64,000 nt of DNA from Corallococcus sp. EGB (GCF_019968905.1 NZ_CP079946.1:5985356-6049355); one strand, 5' to 3'. Counted from the first letter of the stretch, positions 28,946 through 42,286 are shown. Notes: generated from the sequence alone by a model not told the origin. Numbers and translations: made by a program.

Positions 28946-29233
28946 ATGCCCGGCTGCGCGCACTGCGGACACAAGCTCGACATCATCGCCAACCAGGTGG
29001 GCCGGCGCGACACGTGTCCCGGCTGTGACGAGGACCTGCGCTCGTGCCGCAACTGCCGGCACTTCGACGAGTCCGTGGCCAAGGCCTGCAAGGAGCCCTT
29101 CGCGGAGGTCCCCCGAGACAAGGACGAGGCCAACTTCTGCGAGCTCTTCCAGTTGGGCGAAGGCGGCCTGCACCAGAAGGCCTCGCGCGACGCGATGCTC
29201 AGCGCCGCCGCGGCCCTCTTCGGCAAGAAGTAG
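28946..29233 (+). CDS. Small Cys-rich zinc-ribbon protein.
   Basis: CAHCGHK...CPGCDEDLRSCRNCRHFD...C..C, 95 aa. Confidence 0.5.
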   Translation: MPGCAHCGHKLDIIANQVGRRDTCPGCDEDLRSCRNCRHFDESVAKACKEPFAEVPRDKDEANFCELFQLGEGGLHQKASRDAMLSAAAALFGKK

Positions 29234-30373
29234 CTAGAACCCGTACAGCTTGGAGATGATCTCCTTCATCACCTCGGAGGTGCCGCCGCCGATGGTGATG
29301 AGCCGCACGTCGCGCCACATCCGCGCGATGGGCGTCTCCTCGATGTAGCCCATGCCGCCGAAGAACTGCTGGCAGTCGTAGGCCACGCGCTGGGCCAGGT
29401 CTCCGGCGAAGAGCTTCGCCATGGAGATCTCCTTCACCGGGTTCTCCTTCCGGTCGTAGAGGTCCACCGCGTGGTAGGTGAGCCGCCGCGCCGCCTCCAC
29501 CGCCGCCAGGTGCTCCACGAACTTGTGGCGCCACACCTGGAACTTGATGAGGGGCCGGCCGAACGCCTCGCGCTCGTTGCCGTACTGGATGGCGTCCTCC
29601 AGCATCCGGTCCATGCCCCCCACCGTGGTGATGGCGCCCACCAGGCGCTCGCCCTGGAAGTTGGTCATGATGTGGTAGAAGCCCGCGTTCTCCTCGCCCA
29701 GCACGTAGCGCGCGGGGATGCGGCAGTCCTCGAAGTAGAGGATGGCCGTGTCCGAGGACAGGTTGCCCACCTTGTCCAGCTTCTTGGAGACGCCAAACCC
29801 CTTCACGTCCGTGGGGAACGTCACCAGCGAGATGCCGCCGTAGCCCTGCTCACCCGTGCGCACCGCCAGCGTGATGAAGTCCGCGCGCGTGCCGTTGGTG
29901 ATCCACATCTTGGAGCCGTTGATGACGTAGTCGTCCCCGTCCCGGCGCGCCGTCGTCTTGATGCTCGCCACGTCGGAGCCGCAGCCCGGCTCGCTCACGC
30001 CCAGCGCCGCGATGCGGTCGCCCTTGAGCGCGGGCTCCAGGAACTCGCGCTTCTGCTCGTCCGTGCCGATTTCATTGATGATGGGCGTGGCCATCTGGCT
30101 CTGCACCAGGAGCGCCATGTTCACGCCCGCATTGCGGCTGCGCGACAGCTCCTCCGCGAACGCCGTCACGTACCAGTAGTCCAGGCCGCTGCCGCCGAAC
30201 TTCGGGTCGTGGTTGATGCCCAGAAAGCCCAGGTCGCCGCACTTCTTGAACAGCTCGCGCGGGAAGATGCCCGCCCGGTCCCACTCCAGACCGTGGGGCG
30301 CCATCTCCTTCTCCACGAAGGTGCGCACCGACCTGCGAAACGCCTCATGCTCCTCGGTGAACGGGTTGAGCAT
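29234..30373 (-). CDS. Acyl-CoA dehydrogenase.
   Basis: [27 protein letters not shown]...; ACAD N-, middle and C-domain pattern with the C-terminus ...ISKLYGF. Confidence 0.9.
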   Translation of the reverse strand: MLNPFTEEHEAFRRSVRTFVEKEMAPHGLEWDRAGIFPRELFKKCGDLGFLGINHDPKFGGSGLDYWYVTAFAEELSRSRNAGVNMALLVQSQMATPIINEIGTDEQKREFLEPALKGDRIAALGVSEPGCGSDVASIKTTARRDGDDYVINGSKMWITNGTRADFITLAVRTGEQGYGGISLVTFPTDVKGFGVSKKLDKVGNLSSDTAILYFEDCRIPARYVLGEENAGFYHIMTNFQGERLVGAITTVGGMDRMLEDAIQYGNEREAFGRPLIKFQVWRHKFVEHLAAVEAARRLTYHAVDLYDRKENPVKEISMAKLFAGDLAQRVAYDCQQFFGGMGYIEETPIARMWRDVRLITIGGGTSEVMKEIISKLYGF

Positions 30374-30611
30374 CGCGAGTCCTCGGGGGTTGTCCCGCTG
30401 TGGGTTGATTCGCGAGTCAATAGCAGGCGCCCGCCGTCAGTCACAAGCGACGCGCCGCGTCCCCTCCCCGCCCGGTGCCCCTCCCTGCTGGTGACGCGGC
30501 GCACCGGCAACGGTGTTGTGAAGAAGTCTGAAGCCCCGCGCAGCAAGCGGCCAACCCCGCAGGATGACTGGAGAGTGGATAGTCCGCACTCCGGAGTATC
30601 CTCTTGACAGA

Positions 30612-30645
30612 TAATCGAGTGTCGGTAATTTCTAGCCCACAAAGA
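30612..30645 (+). promoter_or_regulatory. Sigma-70-like promoter for the RND efflux operon.
   Basis: cTTGACAgataatcgagtgtcggTAATTTc: -35 TTGACA, a 17-nt spacer and an AT-rich -10, within a local AT-rich patch. Confidence 0.3.
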
Positions 30646-30706
30646 ATTAGCCGGAGCAGGTGCCAGGGCGGGTGTCCCGCCGGCGAACCGGCAGGAGTTC
30701 GGACGC

Positions 30707-31807
30707 GTGAATCAGCGAATCTTGGCTGCCGTGGTGGCCGTGGCGGTGTCGACGGCGGGGTGCTCGAAGGCGGGCGCGGAGAAGGCGCAGCTTCCGGCGC
30801 AGGCGGAGGGTTCCAACGCGCTGGGCGTCAAGGCCATCACCCCGGCCACGGAGCTGGAGCAGGACGTGACGCGGGTGACCGGACAGGTCCGGTCCAAGCA
30901 GGAGGCCGTGCTGGGTCCCCAGGCGACCGGCACCCTGGCGAAGGTGAACGTCCGGGTGGGTGACAAGGTGAAGAAGGGCGACGTGCTGGCGCAGCTGGAC
31001 ACGTCCAACGTGGCCATCGCGGTGGACCAGGCGAAGGCGGCCAAGGACATGGCGGACGCCGCGCTGCAGCTGGCCACCAGCACCCTGGAGCGCACCCGCA
31101 AGGTGGCCGAGTCCGGCGGCGTGGCGGCCAACGCGCTGGAGCAGGCGGAGATCGGCCAGAAGCAGGCGGCGGCCCAGGCGGCGCAGGCCGGCGCGGCCTA
31201 CCGGATGGCGCTGGAGAACCTGCGGGACCACAACATCGTGGCGCCCTTCAACGGCATCATCACCGCGCGCAACAAGAACGTGGGTGACTCGGTGGCGATG
31301 ACGCCCTCCACCCCGGTGTTCAGCATCGTGGACACGGACGGGCTGGAGGTCCGGATGATGGTGCCGGAGTCCGTCATCGACAACGTGACGCCGGGCTACG
31401 TGACGCCGGGCACCGTGAACCCCAGCGGCATGCGCTTCGAGGCGAAGGTGGCCAACGTGGGCGCCGTCATCGACGGGCAGAGCCGCACCGTGGAGGTGCT
31501 GGCGGACGTGGTGGGCCAGACGGAGCACCCGCTGCGCCCCGGCGCGCTGGTGGAGATGGACTTCTCCAAGGCCGCGGCCAACGCGGGCAACGGGCTGTTC
31601 CTGCCGGCGCAGGCGGTCAGCGCCAAGGGCCAGACGGGCTTCGTGTGGGTGGTGCAGGACGGCACCGTGCGCAAGCGCGACGTGCGCGTGCAGCGTGTGC
31701 TGCCGGGCTACGTGAAGGTGCTGCAGGGCCTGACGGCGGAGGAGCGCGTGCTCGCCGACGCCTCGCTGGACGTCAAGGAGGGGACCGCCGTGCGCGTGGC
31801 GCAGTAG
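30707..31807 (+). CDS. RND efflux periplasmic adaptor subunit (membrane fusion protein).
   Basis: Lipoprotein signal MNQRILAAVVAVAVSTAGCSK and HlyD/AcrA-like coiled-coil and beta-barrel regions. Confidence 0.85.
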   Translation: MNQRILAAVVAVAVSTAGCSKAGAEKAQLPAQAEGSNALGVKAITPATELEQDVTRVTGQVRSKQEAVLGPQATGTLAKVNVRVGDKVKKGDVLAQLDTSNVAIAVDQAKAAKDMADAALQLATSTLERTRKVAESGGVAANALEQAEIGQKQAAAQAAQAGAAYRMALENLRDHNIVAPFNGIITARNKNVGDSVAMTPSTPVFSIVDTDGLEVRMMVPESVIDNVTPGYVTPGTVNPSGMRFEAKVANVGAVIDGQSRTVEVLADVVGQTEHPLRPGALVEMDFSKAAANAGNGLFLPAQAVSAKGQTGFVWVVQDGTVRKRDVRVQRVLPGYVKVLQGLTAEERVLADASLDVKEGTAVRVAQ

Positions 31808-31842
31808 CGGTCCCTTCCCTCCTCTTTCCTTCTGGATCCTGA

Positions 31843-35000
<3,158 letters not shown>

Positions 35001-35001
<1 letters not shown>

Positions 35002-35564
35002 TGCGCCGCCCCACCTCCATCACGTCCCCCTCGGAGCTCGAAGGACGCTCCGAGGGGAAGGACGAGGCCTCCGACGCGAAGGCCGCGATGGATCGCCTGC
35101 TCCAGGAAGGGGACCAGTCCACGCCGGACTCGCGCCGCTTCATCGGACTCATCCGGGAGCTGGCCCACTTCCGCTCCCTGAGGGATCCACTGGCCAGTCT
35201 CTGCGACGACATGCGGCTCACCCCGACGCAGGTGCACGCGTTGGGGTGGCTGGGTATGGACGGTCCCATCCAGGTCGGGGTGCTGGCCCAGCGCATCGGC
35301 ATCACCAAGAAGACCATCACCGGGGTGGTGGACCGCCTGGAGGACATGGGCATGGTGGAGCGCGGCCGGGACACCGAGGACCGCCGCGCCGTCACCGCCC
35401 GGCTCACCGAGCGGGGCTGTGAGGTCTACCGCCTCATCCAGCTGATGACGGACGCAGGCATCCGCCGCCTGATGGGCCTGCTCTCCGAGGATGACCGCGA
35501 GGCGCTGTTCGGCATCATCGAGCGGATGCTCGCCCGCATGAAGGCGAGCGCCCCGCCGCGCTGA
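35001..35564 (+). CDS. MarR-family transcriptional regulator, translationally coupled (TGATG) to the RND permease.
   Basis: LTPTQVHALGWL...GITKKTITGVVDRLEDMGMVERGRDTEDRRAV winged helix-turn-helix. Confidence 0.85.
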
Positions 35565-35616
35565 CGAGGCACGGCAGGTGCGTGGAGGGGCGCGGGCTGC
35601 GACACTGCCTGCGCCC

Positions 35617-36726
35617 ATGCTCCCCTCCTTCGTGGCCCTGCTCGGGCTTGGCCTGAGCGCCGCCCCCCCGCCCTCCCCCGCTGTCCCTTCCGCGACTGCG
35701 CTGCTCCACGCGCAGTGCCGCACGCACGGGGCGGATCCCTCCCATCCCTGGGCGCTCGCGCACGGCATGGATCTGGACGGGAAGTCCTTCCGCGCGCGGG
35801 ATGGCCGCCCGGCCTCGGACGCCATCGTCGCGGGGTTCCTGCGCCGCGAGTCCCCCGACGCGGGAGGCGCGGCCCGCTACTTCTTCGAAGCCTTCACGCA
35901 GGACGGCACGCCCGTGGAGCCCCACCCGGCGCTCCAGGTGAAGACCTTCGTGCTCGCGGGCTACCCGCGCTCGCACGCGTTCCCCGCGGCGTGGGGCAAG
36001 GTGACGCTGCGGGAGCTGGTGGCATCGCTCCAGAGTGACTTCCGGCCCGAGCTCGCCACATCGCCGGATGGCGCGTGGGCGCTGGACGCGTTGTCGCACG
36101 TGCTGGAGCCCGGGGGCTCGTTCGTCAACGGCGCCGGGGAGACGGTGCGCATCGACGCGGTGATGGACACGGCGCTCGCCACGCTGGAGTCCGCGAACGC
36201 GGAGCTGATGCAGGGCATGAAGGCGGGCCTGCCGCAGGTGCCCAAGAACAAGCAGGGCATCTACGCGCACCCGTGTGGCGGGCTCCACTTCTTCCAGGCC
36301 GTCGCGGGCTGGGCGCGCTTCCCGTCCGTGCGCAAGGCATGGGGCGCGCGGCTGGACGCGCAGGTGGACGTGCTGGTGTACCGGCTGGGTTCGGAGTCGC
36401 GCCAGTACGAGGCCGCCCTCGCCGCCGCGCCCGCGTACCGCGTCCCGGTGCTGGTGCAGATGGTGAAGTTCTACGGCCACCTCCTGGAGGCGCTGGGTCG
36501 CTACCGGGATGAGACAGGCTGGAGGCCCACGCCCGCGCAGGCCCGCGCGGTGGCGGAGGCGAAGGCCGCGCTGGAGCACGCCACGCTCCGGCTGGAGGCC
36601 ACGGGCGCGTTCCGAGACACGGAGGCGCTGTCCCGGACGCAGCCCCAGCTCGCCCTGGACCTGGTGGGTGATGCGTGCCACGCGGCGCGCGGCTGGGATT
36701 CGTGGGCCTCCGCGCAGGGACGTTAG
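35617..36726 (+). CDS. Hypothetical secreted protein.
   Basis: Signal peptide MLPSFVALLGLGLSAA, balanced amino acid composition and high GC3. It is judged the real gene over the overlapping antisense ORF. Confidence 0.5.
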   Translation: MLPSFVALLGLGLSAAPPPSPAVPSATALLHAQCRTHGADPSHPWALAHGMDLDGKSFRARDGRPASDAIVAGFLRRESPDAGGAARYFFEAFTQDGTPVEPHPALQVKTFVLAGYPRSHAFPAAWGKVTLRELVASLQSDFRPELATSPDGAWALDALSHVLEPGGSFVNGAGETVRIDAVMDTALATLESANAELMQGMKAGLPQVPKNKQGIYAHPCGGLHFFQAVAGWARFPSVRKAWGARLDAQVDVLVYRLGSESRQYEAALAAAPAYRVPVLVQMVKFYGHLLEALGRYRDETGWRPTPAQARAVAEAKAALEHATLRLEATGAFRDTEALSRTQPQLALDLVGDACHAARGWDSWASAQGR

Positions 36727-38445
36727 CGGCGGGCTCTCAGCCGCTGGAGCACCGCGCGCCCGGACGCCATCCATCTGCGCCCCCCGCTGCCGCGCGACCA
36801 TCACCGAGCCCAGGAGCAGCCGCTGCGCGCGCAGCTGGAGCAGATCCGCGCGCAGCTCCATTGGCGTCACGGTGCGGATGCGGCCCTGTTCGTAGGACTC
36901 GGTGATGGCGCGGCGCTGGAGCTTGCCGCTGCTCGTCTTCTGGAGCTGGCCGTAGCGGATGAAGTGGACGTCCTGGGACGCGAGCTTCACGCCCACCCGC
37001 TCCAGCACCGACTGGCAGACCTGGCCGCGGCTTTCCTCCAGGCGCTCCAGCGCGGACGGGGCGTTCACCTCCGCCAGCACCACGAGGCGGCCCTTCACCT
37101 GGATGACGGCGGTGCGGCCCGGGCGGATGAAGGGCAGCCGCTCGACGGCCTGTTCGAAGTCCGCGGAGAAGAAGCTCTGACCGTTCAGCTTGATGCGGTC
37201 GTTGATCCGCCCGGTGATGAAGAGCTCGCCCTCCTGCTGAAAGCCCAGGTCCCCCGTGGCGTAGAAGCCGTCAGCGTCACGCAGGGGCCGGTCGTCCAGG
37301 AAGTACGACGGCGCAAGGCTGCCGCCGCGCAGCTCAATCTCGCCCAGCGCGCCCTCACCGCACACCCGCCCGTCCTCCGCGCGCAGCCGCACCTCGAACT
37401 CCGTGAGCGGCCGGCCCACGGAGATGGCGGGCTGGCCATTGGGCGCGGTGACGACGCGCACGGTCTTGTACGGCGGCGCGCTCGCGACGAGCAGCACCGT
37501 CTCCGCCATGCCGTAGCAGGGCATGAACACGTCGCGCCGCAGCCCGCACGGGGCCAGCAGGTCCAGGAACTGTTCCAGGTTGGGGATGTTGATGGGCTCG
37601 CTGCCCAGATAGATGCTTCGCACGCGCGACAGGTCGAGCCGCTTCAGGTCCTCCGCGCCCGCGGCCTTCAGCGACTTCAGCGCGTAGTCGATGGCGAAGT
37701 TGGGGATGACGGAGCCCATCACCCGCTCTTGGGAGATGAGCTCCAGCCAGCCCAGCGGATCCATCAGGAACGCGGCGGGCTGGGACAGGATCAGATCATT
37801 GCCCACCATGAGGCAGGTGAGCAGCCCGCCGATGAGCCCCATGTCATGGTACAGCGGCAGCCAGCTCGTCACCCGGTCCTCGGAGGTGCGCCCGTCGTGC
37901 CGGGTGATCATCCGCAGGTTCGCGGCCAGGTTCTCGTGCGTGATGGGCACGCCCTTGGGGAACGACGTGGACCCCGACGAGAACTGCACGAAGGCCAGCG
38001 CTCCGGGCGCCACCTCGCGCAGCTTCACGCCCGGACCCCTGGCACCATCCGGCGGCAGCGGCAACCGCTCCAGGGGCAGGTCCAGCCCGGCCAGGCTCGG
38101 TCCATCCAGCACGACCGTGGCGCCGTAGCGCTCGCGGATCCGCGCGAGGAAGTCCCGGTAGGGCCCCTTCGGAGTGCTCAGGATGTACGGCTTCACGGAC
38201 AGGGGCAAAGCACCCAATTCCATCAGCCCCAGGAAGGCGAAGATGACGGACGCGGAGGTCTCGAAGGGCAGCACCACGCGCGTGCCCGGCGCCACGCCGC
38301 GCGCGCGGAAGTGCTCCGCCGCGCCAGCGACTCGGGCGGAGAACTCACGGTAGGGCACGAACTCCGGCGGCCCGATGAAGTCCTCGTAGAGGAACAGGCC
38401 GCGCCGAGGATCCGCCGCCTCCAGCCGCTGGATGACATCGAGCAT
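36727..38445 (-). CDS. Fatty acyl-AMP ligase (FAAL). The 3' end is uncertain because the frame has no stop until 35515.
   Basis: FVQFSSGSTSFPKGVPITHENL, YGMAETVL, GDLGF and the C-terminal KTSSGKLQRRAI. The adenylation domain ends near 36870; further downstream the translation becomes Arg-rich shadow sequence. Confidence 0.7.
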
Positions 38446-38459
38446 GAGGAAGGGCTCCC

Positions 38460-38876
38460 CTACGCGCGCGACGCTTGAAGGAACTGCTGCAACGACGCGA
38501 GCTCGCGGGTCCTCGCGTCCAGGAAGGCCACGCTCACCAGCGCCTCCACGGCCGGGGGGCCGCCGCTCGCGAGGAACACCCGCTGACGGAAGCGAGCGCG
38601 GTAGTTCAGGCCGTCCGGCTCCAGCTCGTCCTCCGCGGGCGACTCCAGCGCGGTGTGCACCACCACCTCGCCCGGGGGAATCTCACGCCGGTAGTCCACC
38701 TCCGCGCGCGACACCACCGCGACCACCGCCCCGCGACGCGTCAGCCCCTGCTGCTCCAGCCAGGCCCACCGGCCCGCCTCCAGGTACTCCAACGCCGTCG
38801 CGTGGTTCACGTGGCCCAGCACGTCCAGGTCGTTCGGGCGCACGCGCAACGTGAGGGAGGACGCTTCGAAATGCAC
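38460..38876 (-). CDS. Hotdog-fold acyl-CoA/acyl-ACP thioesterase (4HBT/YbgC-like).
   Basis: RVRPNDLDVLGHVNHATALEYLEAGRWAWLEQ. Confidence 0.75.
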   Translation of the reverse strand: MHFEASSLTLRVRPNDLDVLGHVNHATALEYLEAGRWAWLEQQGLTRRGAVVAVVSRAEVDYRREIPPGEVVVHTALESPAEDELEPDGLNYRARFRQRVFLASGGPPAVEALVSVAFLDARTRELASLQQFLQASRA

Positions 38877-38915
38877 GAAAGGGACCTTCCCGCTGCCAGG
38901 GCCGCGGCAGCGACT

Positions 38916-39281
38916 TCAAGGTGAAGGAGCGCGCGTGACGAGGACCACCGTCGAAACGAACCCGCCGCTGTGGGACAGCGAGACGGCGACCTGCCAGCCC
39001 TCGCGCTCCAGGTGCTCGGCGAGCACGCCGTGGAACCGGAAGCGCGGCGCGTGCCGCGCGTCGTGAACGAGCTCGGCGTCGGTCCAGTACCAGCCTTCGA
39101 TGGCGGGCAGCGCCTTGAAGAGCGCCTCCTTGGCGCTGAAGCCCGCCGCCAGGCTCTGCTCCGGAGAGACGGATGCCGCGAAGCGCTCCAGCTCCGCGGC
39201 CGTGAAGAACACGTCCGGCTCGCGCAGGGCCCGCACGGCCTCCAGCTCCGGGATGGCCTGGAGGTCGTGGCCCAACCCCAT
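38916..39281 (-). CDS. acpS: Holo-ACP synthase-type 4'-phosphopantetheinyl transferase.
   Basis: MGLGHDLQAIPELE...FSAKEALFKALP...WQVAVSLSHSGGFVSTVVLV. The start forms an ATGA overlap with the upstream gene. Confidence 0.7.
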   Translation of the reverse strand: MGLGHDLQAIPELEAVRALREPDVFFTAAELERFAASVSPEQSLAAGFSAKEALFKALPAIEGWYWTDAELVHDARHAPRFRFHGVLAEHLEREGWQVAVSLSHSGGFVSTVVLVTRAPSP

Positions 39282-40246
39282 CAGCACCCGACGAGTTCCA
39301 TCCAGGTGTCCTCCACCGCCTGGCGCGAATCCACGGCGATGCCGGTGATGCGCTTGAGCGCGTGGAACATCAGCTGCTCCTTCTTGCGCAGCGCCTCCGG
39401 GGCGTACTGGCCTTCGCGGTACTCCAGCCGGTCCCACCAGTTGACGTGCGTCTCACGCTGCTCCAACCGCTCGCGCTTGCTGCCCAACAGCTCACCGCCG
39501 CTGCGCAGGAACAGGTGCCCCACCGCGAACGCCTCCTTCGCGTGGTAGGCGCCCGTGTCCACCAGCGCCTTGGCGAAGGAGATGAAGTACGTCATGTGCT
39601 GCACTTCATCCGCGGCCACCAGCCGGAAGAGCTCCTTCAGGCCCGGGTCCTGCGTCATCCGCGCGCACTCGCCGTAGTTCACCGCCGCGAGGATCTCCGA
39701 GAACGTCACGATGGTGAGCGTCCGCAGCATGTCGTCGTCGGGGAACACCTTGCGGAACTCGATGAAGGTCGTGTCGCTGATGGGCTCCAGCTTCAGCACC
39801 GACGACAGGCGGTTGAACACCGTCTCGTGGTGCGCCTCCTCCTCGTTCCAATAGCGGCTCCACGTCCCGCACGCCTGCATGATGACGGCGACCGTGGGGT
39901 TCACCGCCTGCCACCGGCGGCACTCCGCGTCCGTCTGGCGCTCCAGGCGGTCCGCGCTCGGCTTCGTGGTGATTTCGGAGCGCCCCGCGTTCCACACGAT
40001 GTTCCGGTCGGACTCGCTCAGCCGCGCGAAGTCCACCCGCGCCAGCTGCTCCATCGCGCTCCAGCGCCGCGACTCGTGCAGCCGCTGCTGCTCCCACGAC
40101 AGGTCCACCAGCGACATGCGCCGCCGGGTGATGGCGTCGTAGAGCTCCGTCATGATGTACGGCCGCCCTTCCGTCTCCCCGCCCTCCGACGGAGGAAGGA
40201 TGAGCGTCTGATCCGCGTCCTCGGGCATGCGAACCTGGAAGCTCAC
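39281..40246 (-). CDS. Ferritin-like di-iron carboxylate protein (acyl-ACP desaturase-like or AurF-like oxygenase).
   Basis: Ligand pattern E(102/108)...EEAHH(136-140)...E183...DEVQH(213-217), with spacings comparable to soluble acyl-ACP desaturases. Confidence 0.6.
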   Translation of the reverse strand: MSFQVRMPEDADQTLILPPSEGGETEGRPYIMTELYDAITRRRMSLVDLSWEQQRLHESRRWSAMEQLARVDFARLSESDRNIVWNAGRSEITTKPSADRLERQTDAECRRWQAVNPTVAVIMQACGTWSRYWNEEEAHHETVFNRLSSVLKLEPISDTTFIEFRKVFPDDDMLRTLTIVTFSEILAAVNYGECARMTQDPGLKELFRLVAADEVQHMTYFISFAKALVDTGAYHAKEAFAVGHLFLRSGGELLGSKRERLEQRETHVNWWDRLEYREGQYAPEALRKKEQLMFHALKRITGIAVDSRQAVEDTWMELVGC

Positions 40247-40539
40247 GCGAGGCTCCCTTCCGGCTGGACCACCTGGTTCAGGAACATCGTGAGCACCTTC
40301 GACATGGGCGTATCCAATGACAGCACGGGCAACCTCACGCGCAACCCATGGTCCTTGCGCAGGCCGTTCGCGGTCCGCGCGAACGCCTCCATCAGGTCTA
40401 CGCTATTGGTCATGTGCTCGGAGCGGGCCAAGACGGCCCCCAGGGTCAGGTCTTCCGCGAACAACTCACCCTCCGACATGCCTACGTTTTCAGCGAACTT
40501 CCGTCGGATATAGGACTCGAACTCCTGCGCGTCGGGCAC
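40243..40539 (-). CDS. Standalone acyl carrier protein (phosphopantetheine-binding).
   Basis: TNSVDLMEAFARTANGL resembles the DSL phosphopantetheine site. GTG start with an AGGAAGG ribosome-binding site, and an ATGA overlap with the di-iron gene. Confidence 0.55.
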   Translation of the reverse strand: MPDAQEFESYIRRKFAENVGMSEGELFAEDLTLGAVLARSEHMTNSVDLMEAFARTANGLRKDHGLRVRLPVLSLDTPMSKVLTMFLNQVVQPEGSLA

Positions 40540-40687
40540 GGGGGACCTTCCTTCGCAAGGCTTGAAAGTCGATTTCCCTGTCTGAAAACAGGAAAGATCT
40601 AACTGTGTCTCCACGGCTGTCAATCAGCAACGGGTCACTTTGGATCCGCGGGCGAACGTGACCTGCTGCGTTCGCTCCACGCGTCAT

Positions 40688-41866
40688 TCATGCAATCAGG
40701 CGCGAGATTTCCTCAGCCGTGAAACCCGCGTCTTCCAGGATGACGCGCGAGTCCTGTCCCAGCGTGGGCGGTGGACGCAGCGCGACGTCGCCCATGCGCA
40801 GGGGCGTGAGCAGGTGCGTAACGCGAATGCCACGCCGCGCGTCCTCCGCCTCCACGAAGAGGCCGCGCGCGCGCAGCTGTGGATCCGCCAGGACCTCGTC
40901 GCCCTCGGACACCGGCTCCACGCAGAACTCCGGGCCGCAGAGCTGCTCGCGCCAGTGCGCCAGCGGCTGTTCCGCGAAGATGCGGGTGAGCTCCGCCTTC
41001 ACGCGAGAGCAGGCCTCTCCGCCCGAGTACGCGTCATCCAGCAGCTCCGGACGGCCCAGCTTCGCGCAGAGCGCGCCGAAGAACTTGGGCTCCAGCGCCC
41101 CCACGGCGAGCCAGCGGTCGTCCGCGGTGCGGTACAGCCCGTAGCTCGGGTATCCGCCGTTGAGCGCCTCCGTCCCGCGCTGGAGCGGTGAGCCCTGCGG
41201 CCCCATGAAGAGGCGCGAGGCCAGGTGCAGGTGGAGGAACGCCAGCGCGCCGTCCGTCATGGACACGTCCACGAAGCGGCCCACGCCGGTGCGCTCACGC
41301 TCGTGCAGCGCGGCGAGGATGCCCACCAGCGCGAAGAGGCTGCCTCCGCCGATGTCCGCCACCTGGACGCCCGGGAACGCGGGCGCGCCGCCGGCCTCTC
41401 CGCCGTAGCCCAACAGCCCCGCGCGGGCCACGTAGTTGAGGTCGTGCCCTGCCTTGAGCCGGTCCGGCCCCGTCTGGCCGTAGCCGGAGATGGCGCAGTA
41501 GATGAGCCGCGGGTTCTTCTGGCGCAGCGCCGCCTCGCCCAGGCCCAGCTTGTCCATCACGCCGGGGCGGAAGCTCTCCACCAGCACGTCGTAGCGCGTC
41601 ACCAGGCGCAGGAGCGCGTCACGCCCTTCCGGCGACTTGAGGTTCAGCGTGAGCGAGCGCTTGTTGCGGTGCAGCCCGTAGTAGAGCGCGCCCTCCCCGT
41701 CCCGGTGCGGCGGCATGTGGCGGGTGGCGTCCCCCACGTCCGGGTCCTCCACGGTGTCCACGGTGGCGCCCAGGTCCGCCAGGACCAGCGTCGCGTACGG
41801 GCCGGGCAACAGGCGCGACAGGTCCAACACCCGCAGGCCGGCGAGAGGGGAAGACGGCTCGGACAT
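40688..41866 (-). CDS. Family III CoA-transferase (CaiB/BaiF/MCR-like).
   Basis: LAGLRVLDLSRLLPGPYATLVLADLGA. Confidence 0.85.
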   Translation of the reverse strand: MSEPSSPLAGLRVLDLSRLLPGPYATLVLADLGATVDTVEDPDVGDATRHMPPHRDGEGALYYGLHRNKRSLTLNLKSPEGRDALLRLVTRYDVLVESFRPGVMDKLGLGEAALRQKNPRLIYCAISGYGQTGPDRLKAGHDLNYVARAGLLGYGGEAGGAPAFPGVQVADIGGGSLFALVGILAALHERERTGVGRFVDVSMTDGALAFLHLHLASRLFMGPQGSPLQRGTEALNGGYPSYGLYRTADDRWLAVGALEPKFFGALCAKLGRPELLDDAYSGGEACSRVKAELTRIFAEQPLAHWREQLCGPEFCVEPVSEGDEVLADPQLRARGLFVEAEDARRGIRVTHLLTPLRMGDVALRPPPTLGQDSRVILEDAGFTAEEISRLIA

Positions 41867-41956
41867 CAGGGGAGGCTCCAGGGGGAGGTGGAGACATGCA
41901 GACGGCGCGTCCCCACGAGGGTGACGCGCCGTCGGTACGACACGATACGCAGAGGC

Positions 41957-42286
41957 TCAGCTCAGCAGCTTCGCCAGCTTCATGGCGAGGCCCATGTCCA
42001 TCGGCTTGAACTTGAGCTTGCCCGACATGGCGGCCATCTGCGGGTTCAGCTTGCCCTCGCGGATCTTCACGAAGTCGTCGTTGCTGACGGAGACCGTCAT
42101 CTTCGACGCGCCGTTGAGCCCCTCGGACACCCAGCCGTCCGGCTTGGTGGTGTCCAGCGTCCACTTGCCGCCACCGTCGCCGGAGACGTCGAAGTGGATG
42201 ATGGCGTTGATCTCCTTCGCCAGCTCTGGCTTCGCCTGCAGCTTCGCCGGAATCTGCGTCTCGATGATGTCCTTCGCGGTCGACAT
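41957..42286 (-). CDS. SCP2 sterol-carrier domain protein.
   Basis: MSTAKDIIETQIPAKLQAKPELAKEINAIIHFDVSG...GKLKFKPMDMGLAMKLAKLL. Confidence 0.7.
   Translation of the reverse strand: MSTAKDIIETQIPAKLQAKPELAKEINAIIHFDVSGDGGGKWTLDTTKPDGWVSEGLNGASKMTVSVSNDDFVKIREGKLNPQMAAMSGKLKFKPMDMGLAMKLAKLLS

Noticed and set aside
35515-36700. A 3' extension of the FAAL ORF, giving a 976-aa total
   Set aside because: The Arg-rich translation has its first codon position coinciding with the third position of the convergent plus-strand gene. It is treated as shadow, but see the finding on the missing stop.
36964-38478. A 504-aa plus-strand ORF antisense to the FAAL
   Set aside because: It is a shadow ORF and the FAAL motifs are unambiguous on the minus strand.
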